52,687 bases of DNA from a virus. Its lineage: Duplodnaviria; Caudoviricetes. Below are positions 48,606 to 52,687 of the stretch, piece by piece (the stretch's first letter is position 1; the number at the start of each line of letters is the position of its first letter). Position numbers and translations under genes: made by a program. The notes beneath the pieces are model-generated. The model ran no database searches and was not told the origin of the DNA. It saw only the letters and a program-made list of their open reading frames with translations. The stretch is from IMG/VR virus record IMGVR_UViG_3300033067_001777, positions 1 through 52,687 of that record; one strand, given 5' to 3'.

Positions 48606-49021
48606 ACAAACCGAGAAACGAACCCGTGGCCAGGGTGAGCATGGCCGTCACCAAGCTGGACCGGCTGTTGTTTCGTCGGCTGGGCTGGAGTTTGACGCCT
48701 CTGCACGCCAAGTTGCTTCGGGTGGTGGCGCGCACGCTGAGTGATGAGCTGAAGCAGGATGTGACGATGGCTGATATTCTGCACCACGGGGAAAGGGGCG
48801 CGACTTACACGGCCACCTACCACCGCATCCGCCAGCTTGCAGCCGCCGGCGTGTTGGAGATACGGCGCATCGCTGGAGCAGCGCAGACCAAGGGCCAGCC
48901 GTCGCGGGCCATCCGGCTGTCTGAGATTGGGATCGATCTCCTGAATCAGAGCCGGCTGGAGGCGGTGAAGGATTCAAAAGTCAGGAGACAGGATTCAAGC
49001 AAGCAGGATACACAAGCATGA
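48596..49021 (+). CDS. winged-helix DNA-binding protein
   Basis: TMADI...YHRIRQLAAAGVL...IRLSEIG. Confidence 0.55.
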   Translation: MRVNKPRNEPVARVSMAVTKLDRLLFRRLGWSLTPLHAKLLRVVARTLSDELKQDVTMADILHHGERGATYTATYHRIRQLAAAGVLEIRRIAGAAQTKGQPSRAIRLSEIGIDLLNQSRLEAVKDSKVRRQDSSKQDTQA

Positions 49022-49440
49022 TCACGGTACAACAACTCAATCAAGCATCGTGGTCTCTACCACCGGCGTCTGGCCGCTATGTTGGTGAGACTCTGACTCT
49101 GAAGGTGCCAGCCACCCATAAATTTCTACCGTCGGTGCGTTCCCGGAAAGCCGCCGCTACTGAGGTGTCAGGCATCAAGACGGTTACTTTCAAAGTCGAA
49201 GGGTATTCCAAAGATGGAAAAGATTTCCGCGTGCGGGTGGCGCATGAGCCCGTGATCGTGCCGGCGGTGCCTATGCCGAGTGTGGAGCAGGTGGTGGACA
49301 GCCTCGCCGATTACTTGTCCAAGGCGGCGAAAACTCCTGACCTCAACCCCTACCAAGTCATTGCCGAGGTGAGCCGCGCGCTGCTGAAGGCGGTCGATGA
49401 GATCGACGCCGCCAAGGCTGCGAGCGAGGCGATTGAATAG
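49018..49440 (+). CDS. hypothetical protein
   Basis: 140-aa ORF. Confidence 0.6.
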   Translation: MITVQQLNQASWSLPPASGRYVGETLTLKVPATHKFLPSVRSRKAAATEVSGIKTVTFKVEGYSKDGKDFRVRVAHEPVIVPAVPMPSVEQVVDSLADYLSKAAKTPDLNPYQVIAEVSRALLKAVDEIDAAKAASEAIE

Positions 49441-49455
49441 TGGAGGAACTGAAGC

Positions 49456-50196
49456 ATGAAAGAAAGACCCTTACTTTTCAGTGCGCCGATGGTGCGTGCG
49501 GGCCTGAAGGACCGAAAGAGCCAGACGCGGCGCATTTGTCAGGCTCGTACGCAGAATGAAGCCGACATCATGGCTGGCGCGATCATGGATGACATGAACG
49601 GTGCGGATGACGGGATACACGAGAAAGCAACCTGGGAGAGATTTGGCTGCCCTTACGGCCTGCCGGGGGACCGGCTGTGGGTGAGAGAGACGTGGAAAAC
49701 CTGCCTTGCTTATGATGATTATTCCCCTTCTCAGATTGATTCAGGGGCAGCGGTGCAATGGCTGGCTGATGGCGCGAAACGGTTGAATGGGCCGGAAGCG
49801 TTCGGTAGAACACGGGTTTCGATTCACATGCCCCGTTGGGCAAGCAGACTGACGCTGGTGGTCGTGGCGGTGCGCTGTGAGCGCTTGCAGGACATCACCG
49901 AGACTGATGCGTGGAAAGAGGGCATCGGCACCGAAGGCAAGCCGCTGGAGGCGCTGGCGAACCTGTGCATTATCTACCCAAAGACAGACCTGGGCCGACT
50001 GGCTGCCGATGACATGACGCTGTTCCAGTTTGGCGATGACCGGAAGACGCTCAGTGATTACGAGAAGGTCGTGAGCACCACGGGCCGGGGTTGCTTTGCC
50101 TACCTTTGGGAGTCCATCAACGGACCCGGCGCGTGGGCGCGGAATCCGTGGGTGTGGGTGGTGGAGTTTCGGAGGATCGCCAACCCAACAAACTGA
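49456..50196 (+). CDS. ASCH/PUA-like phage protein
   Basis: MKERPLLFSAPMVRA..KSQTRR, CPYG..GDRLWVRETW, SIHMPRWASR, NPWVWVVEF. Confidence 0.85.
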   Translation: MKERPLLFSAPMVRAGLKDRKSQTRRICQARTQNEADIMAGAIMDDMNGADDGIHEKATWERFGCPYGLPGDRLWVRETWKTCLAYDDYSPSQIDSGAAVQWLADGAKRLNGPEAFGRTRVSIHMPRWASRLTLVVVAVRCERLQDITETDAWKEGIGTEGKPLEALANLCIIYPKTDLGRLAADDMTLFQFGDDRKTLSDYEKVVSTTGRGCFAYLWESINGPGAWARNPWVWVVEFRRIANPTN

Positions 50197-50199
50197 AGC

Positions 50200-51204
50200 A
50201 TGGCTAAAAACTCAAACATTTCATGGACAGATCACACTTGGAACGGCTGGATTGGCTGTACAAAGGTCAGTGAAGGCTGCGCGAACTGCTACGCGGCGGT
50301 GCAGGATCGAAACCGGTTCTCGAAAACGCTGGGAGGTGCCACCCGTTTTGAACCGATCTCCCACTGGGGGCCGGGTGCGCCCCGGCATCGGACAAGTGAA
50401 GACAACTGGAAAGACCCGGTAAAGTGGAATGCCGCCGCTGCCAAGCGTACGGCGGAGATGGAGGAATTGAGGCAGATTTGTGATCCGCGCCGTGAGAGCG
50501 GAGATATTTGGACGGTGCGCCGCCCGCGCGTGTTCTGCTCATCACTGGCCGACTGGCTGGACGCCGAAGTGCCGATTGAATGGCTGGCCGATTTGTTGGC
50601 GCTTATCCATGCCACGCCACACCTGGACTGGCTGCTGCTCACCAAGCGGCCGCAGAACTTCTTTACCCGGCGGGAGGCGGCGTGGAAGTGGTCAACCTGC
50701 AATGGCAAAGACCAACCATTTTGTGACTGGCTGCGCCTTTGGGGTATGGATGGTCAGCCTCCGGCCAATGTCTGGCTCGGCACGACGGTCGAGAATCAAA
50801 AGCGCGCGGATGAGCGCATTCCGCTGCTGCTAAAGATTCCGGCGCGGATCCGGTTCCTGAGCTGTGAGCCGTTGCTGGGGCCGATCAATCTGCGGCAGGT
50901 TCCCGGACCTGGAAGTACGGCGCTTTGTGCAAATGCGTTCGACGGTAACGCTCTATTTATTGGTGATATTGGGGGGACTGATTTCGCTTGGACGCCGCGC
51001 AATATGATTAACTGGGTCATTGCCGGCGGCGAAAGCGGCCCAGGCTTCCGGCCCATGTCACTGGAGTGGCTGGCTGATCTCGCCGGAGCCTGCGAGGCCG
51101 CCGGCGTGGCCTTTTTCTGCAAACAAGACAGCGCCTCCAAGCCAGGGCTGCAAGGCAGCATCCCGGCCCAGCTTTGGGAGCGGAAACAATTTCCCAAAAC
51201 ATGA
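50200..51204 (+). CDS. Gp37/Gp68 (DUF5131) family protein
   Basis: WTDHTWN...GCTKVSEGCANCYA, LLTKRP, FLSCEPLLG, WVIAGGESG, FFCKQ. Confidence 0.92.
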   Translation: MAKNSNISWTDHTWNGWIGCTKVSEGCANCYAAVQDRNRFSKTLGGATRFEPISHWGPGAPRHRTSEDNWKDPVKWNAAAAKRTAEMEELRQICDPRRESGDIWTVRRPRVFCSSLADWLDAEVPIEWLADLLALIHATPHLDWLLLTKRPQNFFTRREAAWKWSTCNGKDQPFCDWLRLWGMDGQPPANVWLGTTVENQKRADERIPLLLKIPARIRFLSCEPLLGPINLRQVPGPGSTALCANAFDGNALFIGDIGGTDFAWTPRNMINWVIAGGESGPGFRPMSLEWLADLAGACEAAGVAFFCKQDSASKPGLQGSIPAQLWERKQFPKT

Positions 51205-52331
51205 GCGCACGCAACAAAACCGGTGAATGGGCCAAGCAGGGACGTGACCTTTGGACGCATCCGAAGGTGAGGCGCATGGCTGCCATTCTGGGCGGACAAT
51301 GGCAGCTCGAACTGCCTTTGTCCGGCGCGGACAAAACCGGACAAGTGCGGACAACGGTGCTCATCCACACGGTTGTTGGCGGACTGTCCTGGCTGTTTCT
51401 CACCATAAACCGCCATGCGTCCGAGGCCGGCGCTGGCTCGATGGACGCGATTTTGTCGGACATGACGGCGGACAATTACTTTGACGATGTGACCGGTCTG
51501 CCCGGTTTGCAGGCGGCGATGATCGCCGTCGGTTGGGCGGTCCATGACAAAGAAAAGCACACGATCACTCTGCCTAATTACCTGGAACACAACGACTTGG
51601 CGAAGGGTGAGAAGCGGGCTGGGAGGAAGGGTGATAGCGAGAGCCCGGATGCTCTGCGGAAGAAAAAGGAGCGCGCCGAAAAGAAGGCGGCAGCCGCCAA
51701 GGCACTGGCGGACAAAGTAGCCGGACAACTCACGGACAATTCACCATTGTCCGACCCGGACAAGACCCGGACAAGTGCGGACAATCCGCCTCAGAAGAGA
51801 AGTGAAGAGACAGAACTCTTAAAAACTCATGTAGAAAAAAAATTGAAAGGAGCGGACAATCCTGAAGGAGCTGACTCGCCGCTGGAGCATCGGACCGAGT
51901 TTCAGATCGCCATCGATGCGCTGCGACCCGATAGCTGGGGGAAGCTCACCCACTGGTCAGCCGCCGATTTGGAAGCCTGTGAACGCGCCGTGCCGGCGCT
52001 CCGCGCAATGCCGCCTGACGGCTGGAAACTGCTGGCATGGTTTTTCCGCTGGATCGCCGATCCCTGGAACGCCGAGCACCGGGCTGAGGAGTGTCGCGTC
52101 ACCGGAAGCCGCGAGAGGTTTCTGGATGCCATCGGCGACTACCACGCACGCGCCAGTCGTCTCTGGATCGCCGAGAAGAGACCCAGGCTGGAACCAAAGC
52201 AGGTCGTGGAGTCGAAAATCACGCCATTGGCTGCTACCACCCACCTTGAACCACTGATGACGCCGGAGGAGTTTCGCGCTGCCGCGCAGATCGACAATGG
52301 TCTGGCACGGCGGGTGCCAGACTCCGAATAA
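51201..52331 (+). CDS. probable replication initiator / replisome organiser
   Basis: DLWTHPKV..MA, VVGGL, GLPGL..AM..VGW, LPNYLEHN N-terminal pattern; internal GGACAA repeats; last 13 codons encoded by an attC arm. Confidence 0.65.
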   Translation: MSARNKTGEWAKQGRDLWTHPKVRRMAAILGGQWQLELPLSGADKTGQVRTTVLIHTVVGGLSWLFLTINRHASEAGAGSMDAILSDMTADNYFDDVTGLPGLQAAMIAVGWAVHDKEKHTITLPNYLEHNDLAKGEKRAGRKGDSESPDALRKKKERAEKKAAAAKALADKVAGQLTDNSPLSDPDKTRTSADNPPQKRSEETELLKTHVEKKLKGADNPEGADSPLEHRTEFQIAIDALRPDSWGKLTHWSAADLEACERAVPALRAMPPDGWKLLAWFFRWIADPWNAEHRAEECRVTGSRERFLDAIGDYHARASRLWIAEKRPRLEPKQVVESKITPLAATTHLEPLMTPEEFRAAAQIDNGLARRVPDSE

Positions 52332-52375
52332 ACCAACAGGCAGCGCCCGCCGTTGCCAGCACCAAATTGTTAGCC
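52286..52375 (-). mobile_element. attC: distal attC site with a non-canonical (GAT) crossover box
   Basis: GCAGATC-GACAAT-GGT-CTGGCA-CGGCGGGTGC ... GCGCCCGCCG-T-TGCCAG-C-ACC-AAATT-GTTAGCC. Confidence 0.85.
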
Positions 52376-52378
52376 CTT

Positions 52379-52612
52379 ATGTATGCCGAAATGACCAACT
52401 CAGACTTCATCTGCGCACTGGCAGATGCGGCCCACCCGTTTGAACAACCAAGTGCGGAACACGCCGATCTAATGGATGAGGCCGCGCGGCGCATCCGAAA
52501 ACTGGAGGCGCAAGTCATGGCGTGGGAATCCGCCGCTGATATGGCGAGTGGTGCCGACACTCCCGATGGACTTCGCAACTACATCAGCGCCTGTAGCATC
52601 GCGTGTGGATAA
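52379..52612 (+). CDS. hypothetical protein (cassette)
   Basis: ORF bounded by GTTAGCC and GGATAAC; the stop TAA is part of the TAAC box. Confidence 0.65.
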   Translation: MYAEMTNSDFICALADAAHPFEQPSAEHADLMDEAARRIRKLEAQVMAWESAADMASGADTPDGLRNYISACSIACG

Positions 52613-52687
52613 CGCCGGAGAACAGCGGCAGGCCGACTAACCACTTTACGCCATGAATACCACATCACACTCGCCGGAGAAACCGGC
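52607..52687 (-). mobile_element. attC: partial attC site truncated by the window end
   Basis: GGATAAC-GCCGGA-GAA-CAGCGG-CAGGCCG arm; the window ends in CGGC, the start of the complementary arm; ATG at 52653 in the loop. Confidence 0.6.

Noticed and set aside
39556-51200. Additional attC sites among the small accessory genes
   Set aside because: No AAC...GTT hairpins with the T-N6-C geometry were seen by eye; genes are joined by ordinary ATGA overlaps

Overview
The window is a near-complete, GC-rich temperate phage genome in its excised (attP-intact) form, probably podovirus-like. It has a scaffold and N4-like capsid, tail/adaptor genes, a CHAP endolysin, a tyrosine integrase beside a tRNA-Leu 3' fragment (attP), reverse-strand terminase genes, a portal, a DHH phosphoesterase and a 4767-aa polyvalent virion/ejection protein. 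It also has SSB, a divergent ribbon-helix-helix repressor switch and a rightward early/replication operon. The most striking feature is a phage-borne integron spanning the two ends of the contig. An intact integron integrase (1368-2360) has a likely attI 14 bp upstream of its start codon, and there are three complete attC hairpins (69-165, 934-1022, 52286-52375) plus one cut by the contig end (52607-52687). The attC sites face away from intI, as in a normal integron. Every cassette ORF, however, is on the opposite strand to normal, co-directional with the phage replication operon and intI, and their start and stop codons often sit inside attC. The distal cassette appears to have entered a GAT secondary site in the 3' end of the replication gene. 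All calls come from reading motifs and base-pairing by eye; no database searches were run.
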